Positions 50,023-62,199 of a stretch of DNA of 64,000 nt are shown here, piece by piece. The notes under the pieces are model-generated. The model did no database searches, was not told the DNA's origin, and saw only the letters and a list, made by a program, of their open reading frames with translations. The position numbers and the translations under genes are program-made. This DNA comes from Mobula hypostoma (lineage: Eukaryota). The first letter of the stretch is position 1. Each line of letters begins with the position of its first letter. The DNA is taken from NCBI RefSeq assembly GCF_963921235.1, contig NC_086109.1, forward strand, positions 35,900,001-35,964,000, in the 5' to 3' direction.

Positions 50023-50665
50023 ATATTTGTTAACTGACTATTTAACTGCTTTGTGATAAAACTTGCAAACTCTGTAAGTTATTGCCCTTTAAAATACCTT
50101 AGGTATAGTATATTTATTAATAGAGGTTGAGGTTCAGCTAATTACAGCATATTAGAAACTAAATCTGACAGCAACTAATAAAATTGACATCCACACAGGT
50201 AGAAATTCAGAAGTTACTCAACAAGGTACCACTCACCAATTTTGCCAATATAGTCCACATCCATTGACTTGGCACTTAAAACATTTCAATGACATGAACT
50301 TGGAGTAATTGCTTGTACGAACAGTGTAAAAGATTGAGCAAGTGCATCCAAGAATGACTGCTTTTGTTTCAACAGTATAGTCAGTCATAATTGCTGCAAA
50401 CCAAATTCACTGAGTCTCATTCACGAAGTAGTAAATTAATGGTGCAAATTTATATAAATATACTGCATCACCTGCTTTCCTTTTCTATTTTATCAATGAC
50501 CTTAACTACATCAACTATTTTACATTGTACACAATATTTATTCTCATAGTTTTTATTTACATGCTTGTTTCTAATCTGTTTGAGCCAGTGAAAATTCTTC
50601 AGTCCCACTGATTGAAGAGTTCGTCCTTTCACAGATCCTACAGGTCATTTGTGTGGCATCACAAA

Positions 50666-50965
50666 GGCATCCGTTAGTCTTGAGAGACCATGGATCTGCA
50701 CCTGGAAAGTCTTCACTCTCCAGGGCACAGGCCTGGGCAAGGTTGTATGGAAGATCAGCAGTTGCCCATGCTGCAAGTCTCCCCTCTCCACGACACCAAT
50801 GTTGTCCAAGGGAAGGGCACTAGGACCCATATAGCTTGGCATCAGTGTCGTCGCAGAGCAATGTGTGATTAAGTGCCTTGCTCAAGGACACAACACGTTG
50901 CCTCGGCTGGGGCTTGAACTCACGACCTTCAGGTCAATACCTTAACCACTTGGCCATGTGCCCAC
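50666..50965 (-). mobile_element. tRNA-derived SINE with CORE-like segment (copy 2)
   Basis: Homologous to 6355-6630; B box GTTCAAGCC; probable TSD TGTGTGGCAT at 50650-50659 and 50968-50977. Confidence 0.88.
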
Positions 50966-51685
50966 ACTGTGTGGCATACTGTCTGGTTTAAATATTCAAA
51001 TGAAGGATATCTCTGCTGACAAGCTTGCAAGATGTTTATGGGCAATTGCAGATAGAGTGAATGGCAAAACAATTTCCTTTACTTCTTCTTGTAAAGTTAA
51101 AGTCTTATAGGCATTTTGTTGAGGTGAACTGTGTTGTGGTTTACTGAACACAATGCTGAAGAGTTTATCACAAATAAGGAGAGCAAGAACAACTAAATGT
51201 TTGTAACTTTCAACATAAAAAATTGAGGTACATGGATTATGTTCATTGGAGTATAGCATTGATATTTGAGTCAGTGTATAGAATGTGGTTATGTGATGAA
51301 AACACTGCACTTCACATCTACAATGGAGCATTTCTGTCATTTTTTTACATTTTAAAGCAGTGAGCCAAATCCTACACATGTACTGCAGTTAGAACACAAT
51401 TAAGCTCAAACCAAAATTATGGCAACGTTTGTAATATTTATCAGTAAGTGAAAGTATATTGCTCACAACATTACAATAAAAACTGAGTGTAGTTTACATA
51501 TACAAGTTTCCAACAAGGATTTCCTTTGTTACTCATTTAATTGCACCGTTTGAGTGCTGCAAGCCTTCTATTTGAAATCCAATTATTGGAGAGGAAATTA
51601 TTGAGCTTGTAAAGGAATAATATATGGTAAGTTCACTTCCACATGTGAGCAACTTCTGCAAACATACATACACAAGCAGCTCATT

Positions 51686-52278
51686 TGTCTCTTCTCTTCG
51701 GTTGTCCATCGAAATCTGATGACAATGTCCACTCCTTTAACAGTGAGATATTTGATGACTATACAGTCCTATCCTGGACCCACAAGCTCTATTGCAGGTG
51801 GGACAGGTATATGTAGTAGTGGAAGTGGTAGTGGTGGCAACCATGGCTGCATTTCTCCTGGCTCTCTTCTGTTGTCTTCTGGTTGTTCTTTCCATCTCCA
51901 GAATATGAACCCCGTCCTTACACAGCTGTTGCCAAGTGGTATGGTCAGCAGCAGCCTCCTCCAGGTCCTTGGGTCTGATCTTGCACTTCCTTAAAGCATT
52001 CTTCATCTGATTCTTATAGCACTTCTTCAGCTTCTTCAGCTGAGCGTCGACCATGATGTAGCTGGCCGTATAACACTCTGTGGGGTAGCCGACATGGGGG
52101 ACGCTGGGTGATCATGACCTCAATACTCTTGCAGTTGGTCTTTACAAGTATTTCAGTGTGAGGCACCCACTCACACCAGGTAACTCCCAGGATGCGCTGG
52201 AGGCAGCTTATGTGGAAACACTCCAAGGACTTGATGCGACAGCTGTAGGTTACCCAAGCTTCACAGCTATAAAGGAGT
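51686..52278 (-). mobile_element. RTE-clade LINE 3' fragment with C-terminal C2H2 finger
   Basis: CLQRILGVTW, RLPHRVLYGQL, W..L...G, CPTCNRACGSRIGLYSHQISH; short 3' UTR ending (GAAGA)n. Confidence 0.88.
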
Positions 52279-52654
52279 ACAGCTTGATTAATTAATGGTT
52301 AGTCAGGTGAGAAACTGAGAAAGAGTACTTTTGATACTGAAAGTTAGAGCTGAATGAAGAATTATATTTAATTTGGAGATGCTTATAAACTCTGGAAGTT
52401 GTAATTTTCACATCTGAAACCAATATCTAACGAACAGATCAATAAGAGTATGTATAATACCCAAAATAACTGATGTTACACAGAACAATTTTGCATTAAA
52501 TTGCCAATTATGAATTTTGCAACATGACATTAGGAATTAACATCAGTCATTAACACAGAATTCTTTAGTGCAAGAATGCCTTGTTCTTTTGGCTCCATAA
52601 CTCACCAGGATGACACCTATGTATGGTCAAGGCAACATGTTTTAGGAATTGGAT

Positions 52655-54695
52655 GGCAGAGAGGAAGAAGCTGTTCCTGAATCGCTAAGTGTGTGCCTTC
52701 AGGCTTTTGTGCCTCCTACTTGATGGTAACAGTGAGAAAAGGGCATGACCTGGATGCTGGTGGTCCTTAATAATGGATGCTGCCTTTCTGAGACACCACT
52801 CCTTGAAGGTGTCCTGGGTATTTTGCAGGCTAGTACCCAAGATGGAGTTGACTACATTTATGACCCTCTACAGCTTCTTTTGGTCCTGTCCAGTAGCCCC
52901 CCACTTCTCCCCCCAATACTAGACAGTGTTGCAGCCTGTCAGAATGCTCTCCACAGTACATCTATAGAAGTCTTTGAGTGTTTTTGTTGACATACCAAAT
53001 CTCTTTAAACTCCTAATGAAGTATAGTCGCTGTTTTGTCTTCTTTATAGCTGCATCGACATGTTGGGACCAGATTAGGTTCTCAGTGATCTTAACATCCA
53101 GGAATTTGAAACTGCTCACTCTCTCCACTTCTGATCCCTCTTTGAAGATTGGTATTTGTTCCTTCGTCTTACCTTTCCTGAAGTTCACAATCAGCTCTCT
53201 CATCTTACAAATGTTGAGTGCAAGGTTGTTGCTGCGATATCACCCCACTAGTTTGTATATCTCGCTCCTGTACGCCTTCTCATCTCCATCTGAGATTCTA
53301 CCAACAATGGTTGTATCATAAGCACATTTATAGATGGTATTTGACCAATGCCTAGCCACACAGTCACGGGTATAGAGAGAGTAGAGCAGTGGGCTAAGCA
53401 CAAACTCCTGAGGTGCACCAGTGTTGATCATCAGTGAAAAAGAGATATTGTCATTAATCCACACAGGTTGTGGTCTTCTGGTTAGGAAGTCGAGGATTTA
53501 ATTGCAGAGGGTACAGAGGCCCAGATTCTGTAACTTCTCATGATTGATGGTGTTAAATGCTGAGCTATAGTCGATGAACAGCATCCTGACATAGGTGGTT
53601 GTATTGTCCAGGTGGTCTAAGGCCATGTGAAGAGCCAGTGGGATTACATTTACCATTGACCTACTGCGGCCATAAGCCAATTGCAGTGGATCCAGATCCT
53701 TGCTGAGGCAGGAGCACAGTCTAACCACGACTAACCTCTCAAAGCATTTCATCTCTGAACATGTGAATGCCACTGGGCGATAGTTATTAAGGCAGACCAC
53801 ACTATTATTCTTAGGCATTGATATAATTGTTGCCATTTTGAAGCAAGTGTGAACTTCTGTCCATAGCACTGAGAGGTTGAAAATATCCTTGAATACTCCT
53901 ACCAGTTGGTTGGCACAATTTTTCAGCGCCTTACCAGGTACTCCATCGGGACCTTCTGCCTTCCAAGGGTTCACCCTCTTTAAGGACAGCCTAACTTTGG
54001 CTTTCAAGACAGAGATCTCAGCGTCATCAGGTGCAGCAGGGATCTTCACAGCTGTAGTTGTGTTCTCCCTTTCAAAGTGGGCATAGAAGGCGTTAAGTTC
54101 ATCTGGTAATGACCCATCGCTGCCATTCATGCTATTGGGTTTCGCTTTGTGGGAAGTAATGTCTTGCAAACCCTGCCAGAGTGTTCATGCATCCAATGTC
54201 ACCTCCAACCGTGACTGAAATTGTATCTTTACCCTTGAAACATCTGTCCACAAATCATACCTGTTTTTTTTGGTACAGACCTCGGTCGGCAGCCTTGAAT
54301 GCCACAGATCTGGCCTTCAGCAGATGACGTACCTCCTGGTCCATCCACGGCTTTTGGTTTAGGAATGTACAGTAAATCTTTATAGGCACACACTCATCCA
54401 CACAGGTTTTAATAAAGTCATAACAACTGCAGCATACTCATCCAGATTCAATGATGAATCCCTGACCATAATCCAGATCATCAATTCAAAGCAGTCCTTT
54501 AAGCGCTCCTGTGCTTCCTTTGTCCATACCTTCTTGGTCCTCATTACTAGTGCTGCAGTCTTCAGTCTCTGCCTATACTCAGGGAGTAGAAGTACAGCCA
54601 GATGATCAGACTTCCCAAAGTGAGGGCGTGGAACAGCACAGTAGGCATTCTTGATGGTGGTCTAACAATGGTCCATTGTGTTGTTTCCTCTGATA
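52655..54695 (-). mobile_element. Rex1/Babar LINE (APE end through RT), degenerate
   Basis: KAEGPDGVPG..LK.CA.QL, NYRPVAFT..MKCFERLV, LDPLQ.AY, YVRMLFIDYSSAFNTI, GAPQ..VLSPLLYSLYT.DC, FYRCTVESILTGC. Confidence 0.93.
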
Positions 54696-55079
54696 GAGCT
54701 AAATAATATTGCTGAAAGCTCAAATAGAATGTTGTTTAAAGGACCAGAGAAATTTTTCTCACATAAACACAACATGTATCCCAACTTCCAGTGAAACAAA
54801 CCTTAAGTGGATCAACTCAAGTTGCGATTCAGACACCTCCCCCCAACAGGTGGTTACAATAGGTTCACTCTCCCAATTCAGTGGACAGAAATCCAGTATG
54901 GATTCCATGGTCATTCGAACTGAAATGAGAGAGATGGTTGACTAAAGACATGGTACCAAAAACCTTCTCCACTTATCCTCTCAGTTATAGCCTTAACGGA
55001 AAAAAAAACTTCTGACCTTAGGAAACTAAACTAAGAATTGTAAAGGAATGTATTCCAAATGCCAAAACTATGTTATTAT

Positions 55080-55860
55080 CTCTCAAAGTTTTCAAAGGTA
55101 CTTTCAATATTAGAGAAATGTATGCAATATACATCCTGAAATTCTTTTTCTTCACAACCATCCACAAAAACAGAGAGGTGTCCCAAAGAGTGAAGGACAG
55201 TTAAGGGCTGGAACCACAAAGCGCCCCTCCAGCTCACCCCGTGCGTAAGCAGTAGCAAGCAATGATCCCCCCTCCCCCACTAGCAAAAAAAAAGCATCAA
55301 TGCCCCCACCAAGCACTCAAGCATGCTGCAAAGCATCAATAAAGGCACAGATTTGCAGTATCCCAAAGACTACTCATTCACCTGATAATTCAACATACTT
55401 TCTCTCTCCCTAATAAGGGAAAGTGAGATGTCTTCATTTCACAGCGAGAGGGAAGACATAACAAACAACTTGCTGATTTATGATGTTAAATGTCTGTTGC
55501 ATCACTTTTTCCAAGCTCTGTGCCCAAGGAATTTGGATCTCTGGATACACAGCCAGAGATCTTCCGTCTCCCACGACACACCGATTTCCTGCAGAGGCAC
55601 AAACCTCTAGTCCGCCTGCCTCCAGAGCTATGAGATCTTGAAACTCCAAAGGCGTGCTAATCTTCTCGGCTGCGTCTTTGGTATATCGAATAACAGCCAG
55701 TCATGAGACCCTGAGAGCAGGCCCCATTTCCACAAAGAACTGAAGTCAGTATGTAACTCCAGGACAGGGTCTTCAAAAGAACCCTGAAAGGGTAAAATAG
55801 AGATTAAAGATAGAAATAGAGCTGTTTCCAAAGATGCAAGCAACAAAGTCACCATTGTCT
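55080..55860 (-). mobile_element. Non-coding element with a Rex1-type 3' tail (copy 2)
   Basis: Colinear with 45005-45742; TTGAAAACTTTGAG tail on the minus strand. Confidence 0.62.
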
Positions 55861-55894
55861 CCCAAACTTCACCCCTTAGTGTCCTGAAACATAA

Positions 55895-56225
55895 TAGTTC
55901 AATAGTTGAATAGTTCCATTTATTATCAGTTGAATAGTTCTGTTTAATATACACCTGAAATTCTTGTCCTTCACAGACATCCACAAAAACAGAAGGGTGC
56001 TCTAAAGAATGAGTGTCACTAAAAATGTTAGAAACCCAAGCCCTCCTACTTCCCCCCAATGCACAAGCAGCATCAAAGCAATGAGCCCCCCTCCCCCACT
56101 TACATCAGCAAAAAAATCATCAGCACCTTCCACCCACCAAGCAAACAATCGCAAAGCCCCCAAGAAAGACCATGATCTTCAGTACAACAAAATTGAACTG
56201 CTCAACCCAACAATTCAACACAGCA
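55895..56225 (-). mobile_element. 3' part of the same non-coding element family (copy 3)
   Basis: CCTGAAATTCTTGTCCTTCACAGACATCCACAAAAACAGA...GCACAAGCAGCA...GCAAAGCCCCCAAG matches 45040-45280 and 55136-55330. Confidence 0.62.
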
Positions 56226-56914
56226 TTGGAGAAAGGCTAACGGTGTTGTGTTCAAATGGATATTAATGAAAGTTGCAAATTATTTTTAGATCTTTAAATC
56301 AAAGTTCAAAGTAAATGTTATTATCAAAGTACATATATATCAGCAAATCTATAGAATTGTGACTATAACAGGATCAATGAAAGATCAACCAGAGTGCAGA
56401 AGACAACAAACTGTGAAAATGCAAGTATAAGTAAACAGCAATAAATAACAAGAACATGAGATAATGAGAGATCATTGGTTGTGTGAATGTCTCAGGGATG
56501 GATGCGTGAGTGTAATTATCCCCTTTTATTCAAGAGCCTGATGGGTGAGGAGTAGTAACTGCTCTTGAATCTGGTGGTGCGAGTCCGGAGGCTTCTGTAC
56601 CTTTTCCCTGATGGCAACAGCGAGAAGAGAGCATGATCTAAATGGTGGGGATCTCTGATGATAGAAGCCAATTTGCTATGGCAGTGTTTCATGTAGATGT
56701 GCTCGATGGTTGGGAGGGCTTTTCCTGTGATGTACAGGGGCCAAGTCCACTACCTGTGTAATGATTTTCCATTCAAAGGCATTGGTGTTTCCATACCAGG
56801 CTGTAATGCAGCTAGTCAATATACTCTGCACTGCATAACAATAGAAGTTTGTGCAACACACATAAAATGCTGGTGGAACGCAGCAGGCCAGGCAGCATCT
56901 TTCGGAAGAGGTAC

Positions 56915-56950
56915 AGTCGACGTTTCGGGCTGTGACGCTTCGTCAGGACT
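56915..56950 (-). ncRNA. Minimal hammerhead ribozyme, core intact, helix II mismatched
   Basis: Minus strand AGTC-CTGACGA-AGCGTCACAGCCC-GAAA-CGTC-GACT. Confidence 0.78.
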
Positions 56951-57277
56951 AACTGAAGGAAGAGTTAGTAAGAGATTTGAAAGTGGGAGGGGGAGGGGGA
57001 GATCCGAAACAATAGGAGAAGACAGGAGGGGGAGGGATGGAGCCAAGAGTTGGAAAGTTGATTAGTAAAAGGGATACAAGGCTGGAGAAGGGTGAGGATC
57101 ATGGGATGGGAGGCTTAGGGAGAAAGAAAGGGGGAGGGGAGCACCAGAGGAAGATGGAAAGAAGGCAAGGATTTATAGTGAGAGGGACAGAGGGAGAAAA
57201 AAGAGAGAGAGAAAAAAAGGGGGGGGGAATAAATAAATAAATAAGGGATTGGGTAAGAAGGGGAGGAGGGGCATTAA

Positions 57278-59898
57278 CAGAAGTTAGTGCAGTCAATGTT
57301 CATGCCATCAGGTTGGAGGCTACCCAGATGGAATATAAAGTGTTGTTCCTCCAACCTGAGTGTGGTTTCATCTTGACAGTAGAGGAGGCCATGGATAGAC
57401 ATATCAGAATGGGAATGGGACATAGAATTAAAATGTGTGGCCACTGGGAGATCCTGCTTTCTCTAGCGGACAGAGCGTAGGTGTTCAGTGAAACGGTCTC
57501 ACAGTCTGCGTTGGGTCTCGCCAATATATAGAAGACCGCATTGGGAGCACCAGACGCAGTATATCACATCAGCGGACTCACAGGTGAAGTGTCGCCTCAC
57601 ATGGAAGGACTGTCTGAGGCCCTGAATGGTGGTGAGGGAGGAAGTGTAAGGGCATGTGTAGCACTTGTTCCACTTATAAGGATAAGTGCCGGGAGGGAGA
57701 TCAGTGGGAAGGGATGGGGGGGACGAATGGACAAGGGAGTTGCGTAGGGAGCAATCCCTGCGGAAAGCGGGGGCGGGGAAGGGAAAGATGTGCTTGGTGA
57801 TGAGATCCCGTTGGAGGTGGCGGAAGTTACGGAGAATAATATGTTGGACCCGGAGGCTGGTGGGGTGGTACGTGAGGTCAAGGGAAGCCCTATTCCTAGT
57901 GGGGTGGTGGGAGGATGGAGTGAGAACAGATGTGTGTGAAATGGGGGAGATGCATTTGAGAGCAGAGTTGATGGTGGAGGAAGGGATACCCCTTTCTTTA
58001 AAAAAGGAGGACATCTCCTTCATCCTGGAATGAAAAGCCTCATCCTGAGAGCAGATGCAGCGGAGACAGAGGAATTGCAAGAAGGGGATGGCATTTTTGC
58101 AAGAGACAGGGTGGGAAGAGGAATAGATCAGGTAGCTGTGAGAGTCCGTAGGCTTATAGTAGATATCAGTAGATAAGCTGTCTCCAGAGATAGAGAAAGA
58201 AAGATCAAGAAAGAGGAGGGAGGTGTTGGAAATGGACCAGGTAAATTTGAGGGCAGGATGAAAGTTGGAGGCAATGTTAATGAAGTCAACGAGCTCAGCA
58301 TGCGTGCAGGAAGCAGTGCCAACGTAGTCGTCGATGTAGCGAAGGAAAAGTGGAGGACGGGTGCCAGTATAGGCTTGCAACATGGATTGTTCCACAAAGC
58401 CAACAAAAAGGCAGGCATAGCTGGGACCCATACGGGTTCCCATGGCTACAGCCTTAGTTTGGAGGAAGTGGGAGGAGCCAAAGGAGAAATTATTAAGAGT
58501 AGGAACTAATTCCACTAGTCAGAGGAGAGTGGTGGTAGAGGGGAACTGGTTAGGACTGGAATCCAAAAAGAAGCGAAGAGCTTTGAGACCTTCCTGGTGG
58601 GGGATGGAGGTATATAGGGACTGGACATCCATGGTGAAAATAAAGTGGTGGGGGCCACAGAACTTAAAATCATTGAAAAAATTCAGAGCGTGAGAAGTGT
58701 CACGAACATAGGTTGGAAGGGTTTGAACAAAGGGGGATAAAACAGTGACGAGGTATGCAGAAATGAGTTCGTTGGGGAAGAAGCAAGCTGAGACAATGGG
58801 TCTACCTGGACGTGCAGGTTTGTGGATCTTGGGTAGGAGGTAGAAATGGGAAGTGCGAGGTGTGGGAAGTATGAGGTTGGTGGCAGTGGGTGTGAGATCC
58901 CCAGAACTGATAAGGTTGGTGATGGTGTGGGAGACAATGGCCTGGTGCTCCTTAGTGGGGTCATGATCGAGGGGTAAATAAGATGAGGTATCAGCGAGTT
59001 GTCGCTGAGCCTCGGCAAGGTAGCGGTCAGTACGCCAGACTACAACAGCGGCCCCCTTATCGGCGGGTTTTATAGTAAGGTTAGGATCAGAGTAGAGGAA
59101 GTGGAGAGTGGAGTGTTCGGAAGGAGTGAGGTTGGAATGGGAACAAGGTGTAGTGAAGTCGAGACGGTTGATGTCCAGTCGGCAGTTAGCAATAAAGAGA
59201 TCCAGAGCAGGCAGAAGACCAGAGCAGGGTGTCCATGAAGAGGAGGAGGGTTGAAGACGGGAGAAGGGGTCATCGGCGGAGGTGGGAGAGTCCTTGCTGA
59301 AGAAGTAGGCTCGAAGACGGAGCCTGTGGAAGAAGAGTTCAGCATCATGGTGCATGCAGAACTCACTGAGATTTGGGCAAAGGGGGAAAATAGCAAGGCC
59401 CTTACTGAGAACAGAGCGCTCTGCCTCAGAGATTTGAAGGTCAGAGGGGATAGTAAAGACCTGGCACGGATGAGAGCTGGGATCAGAGGGGGGAGGGGGA
59501 GGGAGGCTGGTGGTGTCAGTGGAGAGGGGAGGGTTGGGGTGAGAGAAAGATGGAGCCTCTGAGGTCCAAGAAGCAGATGATGGGATGTGAGGGAGACGGG
59601 GTTGCAGAGTGGTGGTGGGGGAATGGGAGATGGGAGCCACAACCGCAGCACGTGAAGACCTGGCCTGTAGTTCAAGGCTGGAGTTGCAGTTGGAAGTTGT
59701 GCAATTGCTTTGAAGGTGTCCATGGTTGTTGGAGCCCGCAATGATAGTGCTGGAGTCCGGGTTTTGAATATGCCCTGGGTTGGTGGAGCCATTGAGATCG
59801 ACTGCGGGGGCCGCAATCCGAAGTTCATGCCTGCTAGCGTTGGAGCCAGCAGGGTCTGGGGTCTGCAGTTGGAAGATCTTGCGATCCTTGACTAACAT
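57278..59898 (-). pseudogene. Penelope RT/GIY-YIG polyprotein with in-frame stops
   Basis: ORFs 58519-59898 and 57499-58515 are in frame; RYIDD intact, VIY...LYIGET; stops at 58519-58521, 57499-57501 and ~57464. Confidence 0.9.
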
Positions 59899-59949
59899 GA
59901 CAAATTCAAAGAAACTTTTATTACTTTCTTACTATCTCTTCTTTCAGTT

Positions 59950-59985
59950 AGTCCTGACAAAAGGTCTCAGCCCGAAACGTCGACT
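59950..59985 (+). ncRNA. Minimal hammerhead motif with G8>A core mutation
   Basis: AGTC-CTGACAA-AAGGTCTCAGCCC-GAAA-CGTC-GACT. Confidence 0.7.
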
Positions 59986-61974
59986 GTACCCCTTCCTATA
60001 GGTGCTGCCTGGTCGCTGCATTCCACCAGCATTTTATGTGTGTGCTTGAATTTCCAGCATCTGCAGATTTCCTCGTGTTTGCGTATAGAAGTTTGTCAAA
60101 GTTTTAGATGTCATGCCAAATCTGCACAGACACCTAAGGAAGTAGAAGCACTACTGCGCTTTCTTCGCAAATGCGCTAATGTGCAGGACAGGTCCTCTGA
60201 AATACCAACACCCAGGAATTTAAAGCTGTGAACCCTCTTTACCTCTGATCCTCCAATGATGTTTGGCTCATGGACTTCTGCTTTCCCTCTCCTGAAGTCT
60301 ATAATCAGTTCCTTGGTCTTGCTGACATTGAGTGGAAGGTTGTTTTTATGACATCACTCAGCCAGACGTTAAGTCTCCCTCCTATATTCACATTCATCAC
60401 AACCACTGATTTGACCCACAACAGTGGTGTCATCAACAAACTTGTATATGGCTTTGGAGCTGTGCTTAGCCATACATTCATAGGTGCAAAGCGAATAGAG
60501 CATGAGGCTAAGCACACAGCCCTGTGGTGCACCTGTGCTGATGGAGATGGTGGAGGAGATTTTGTTGCTAATCCAAACTGACTGGGGTCTACAGGTAAGG
60601 AAATCCAAGACTGACTTGGTCAAGGAGGAATCGAGGCTAAGGTCTTGGAGCTTATTGATTCATTTTGCCTGGATGATGGTATTGAATGCTGAGTAGTAGT
60701 AGATAAAGAGCATCCTGATGTATGCATCTTTGTTGTCCAGATGTTCCAGAATTGAGTGAAGAGCCAGTGAGATGACATCAGCTGTAGAACTGTTGCTCCG
60801 GTAGGCAAATTGGAGTGGATCCAATTCGCTTCTCAGGCAGGAGTTGGTATGTTTCATTACCAGCCTCTCAAAACACTTCACCGTGAATGTAAGTGCAACT
60901 GGGCAATAGTCATTGAGCAGGTCAGCATGCTCTGCTTGGGCATTGGTATAATTGAAACCTGCCTGAAGCACGTGGGGACCACATACTGCCAAATTGAGAG
61001 GTTAAAGATCTCAGTGAATGTTCTAGCTAATTTGTCAGCACAGGTCTTTAGTATGTGGCCAGATACCACATCCAGTCTGGATGCTTCCCAAGGATTCACC
61101 CTCCTGAAGGCAGTCTGTGCATCAGCTTCAAGATTGATATCATAGGACCATCGGGAATGTGGGGGTCTGCGATGGTTTCTCCATGTCCTGACGGTGAAAG
61201 CGAGCATAAGAGGCATTAAGCGAACCCCTTCTCTCTCTCATGTTGCTTGATTTGACTTTGTTGGAGGTGATAACATTCAAGCCCTGCTACAGCTGTCGAG
61301 TATCCCTCATTGATTCATTTCTGGTCCTGAATTTCCACTTTGCCTGGGGAGATGGCTCTCTGGAGGTCACATTTGCACCTCTTGGAGCTTTCTTGGTCTT
61401 CAGACTTGAATGCCTCTGATCTGGCCCTCAGTAAATTTCAGATCTCATGGTTCATCCAGGGCTTCTGATTGGGGAAGAGTCTGAATGATTTAGTGAGGGC
61501 ACACTCATTGACAGCTTTTTTAATGAAGACTGTTACAGCCATGGTATATTCATTCAAATCTCTGGGTGAGTGCTTGAACACAGCTAGGTCAACTGATCAA
61601 AGCAATCCTGAAATCACCTTTGTGGCTCCCACGACTACCTCTTAGTTGTGTTAATCTCTGGGGTCTTGTTTTTTAGACTCAGCCTGTGTGCAGGTAGGAG
61701 GTCAGTCAAGTGTTCTGATTGACCAAAATGTATTCTGGGCAAGAATGTCACAGTATCACAGTGGTCTAGTATGTTGGGACCTCTGGTGCTACAGGTTACA
61801 TGTTGGTGAAAATTGGACATTGTTTTTCTTTCAAACAAATCTATATGTTTCCAAAAAAGACATTATAGTAATTCTGAATGTAATTTTAACACTGGCAAAT
61901 TGGTTCAGATGAATTTCAGGCTTCTGTACTTTAATTGCTGCATTTACGAAATAGGCATGTGCTCCAGTGTTTTT

Positions 61975-62195
61975 ACTTCTGGTAATGTCCACCACCTCTC
62001 CTTCACCATTCCCTATTCCAGTTTTTCTCTCTCTCACCTTATCTCCGATTTACTTATCACCTCTCTCTGGTGCTCATCCTCTTTCCCTTTCATCCATGGT
62101 CTTCTAACCCCTTCTATCCTCAGATTTCCCCTTCTCCAGTCCTTTATCTCTTTCCCCTATCAACTTCCCAACTCTTTACTTCACCCCTCCCTCCG
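61975..62195 (+). repeat. Penelope pyrimidine-rich 3' UTR fragment
   Basis: CTGGTGCTC..CCT, CCATGGTCTTCT, CTTCTCCAG.CCTT.ATC, TATCAACTT.CCAACTCTT match the reverse complement of 57030-57150. Confidence 0.7.
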
Positions 62196-62199
62196 TATC

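Larger units (their letters stand above)
56853..60084 (-). mobile_element. Penelope-like retroelement with inverted terminal repeats and 12-bp TSD
   Basis: TSD ATAGAAGTTTGT at 56841-56852 and 60085-60096; terminal repeat on minus at ~56853-56965 and inverted on plus at ~59935-60084. Confidence 0.95.
56297..61830 (-). mobile_element. Rex1/Babar LINE split by a Penelope insertion
   Basis: Own sequence is 56297-56852 and 60085-61830; joining the halves restores FGMTSKTLTNFYCYAVQSILTSCITAWYGN; also [24 protein letters not shown]. Confidence 0.92.

Noticed and set aside
48480..51640. Short ORFs in AT-rich unique DNA (48501-48710, 50996-51379)
   Set aside because: No recognisable domains or convincing splice pairs; lengths are consistent with chance.
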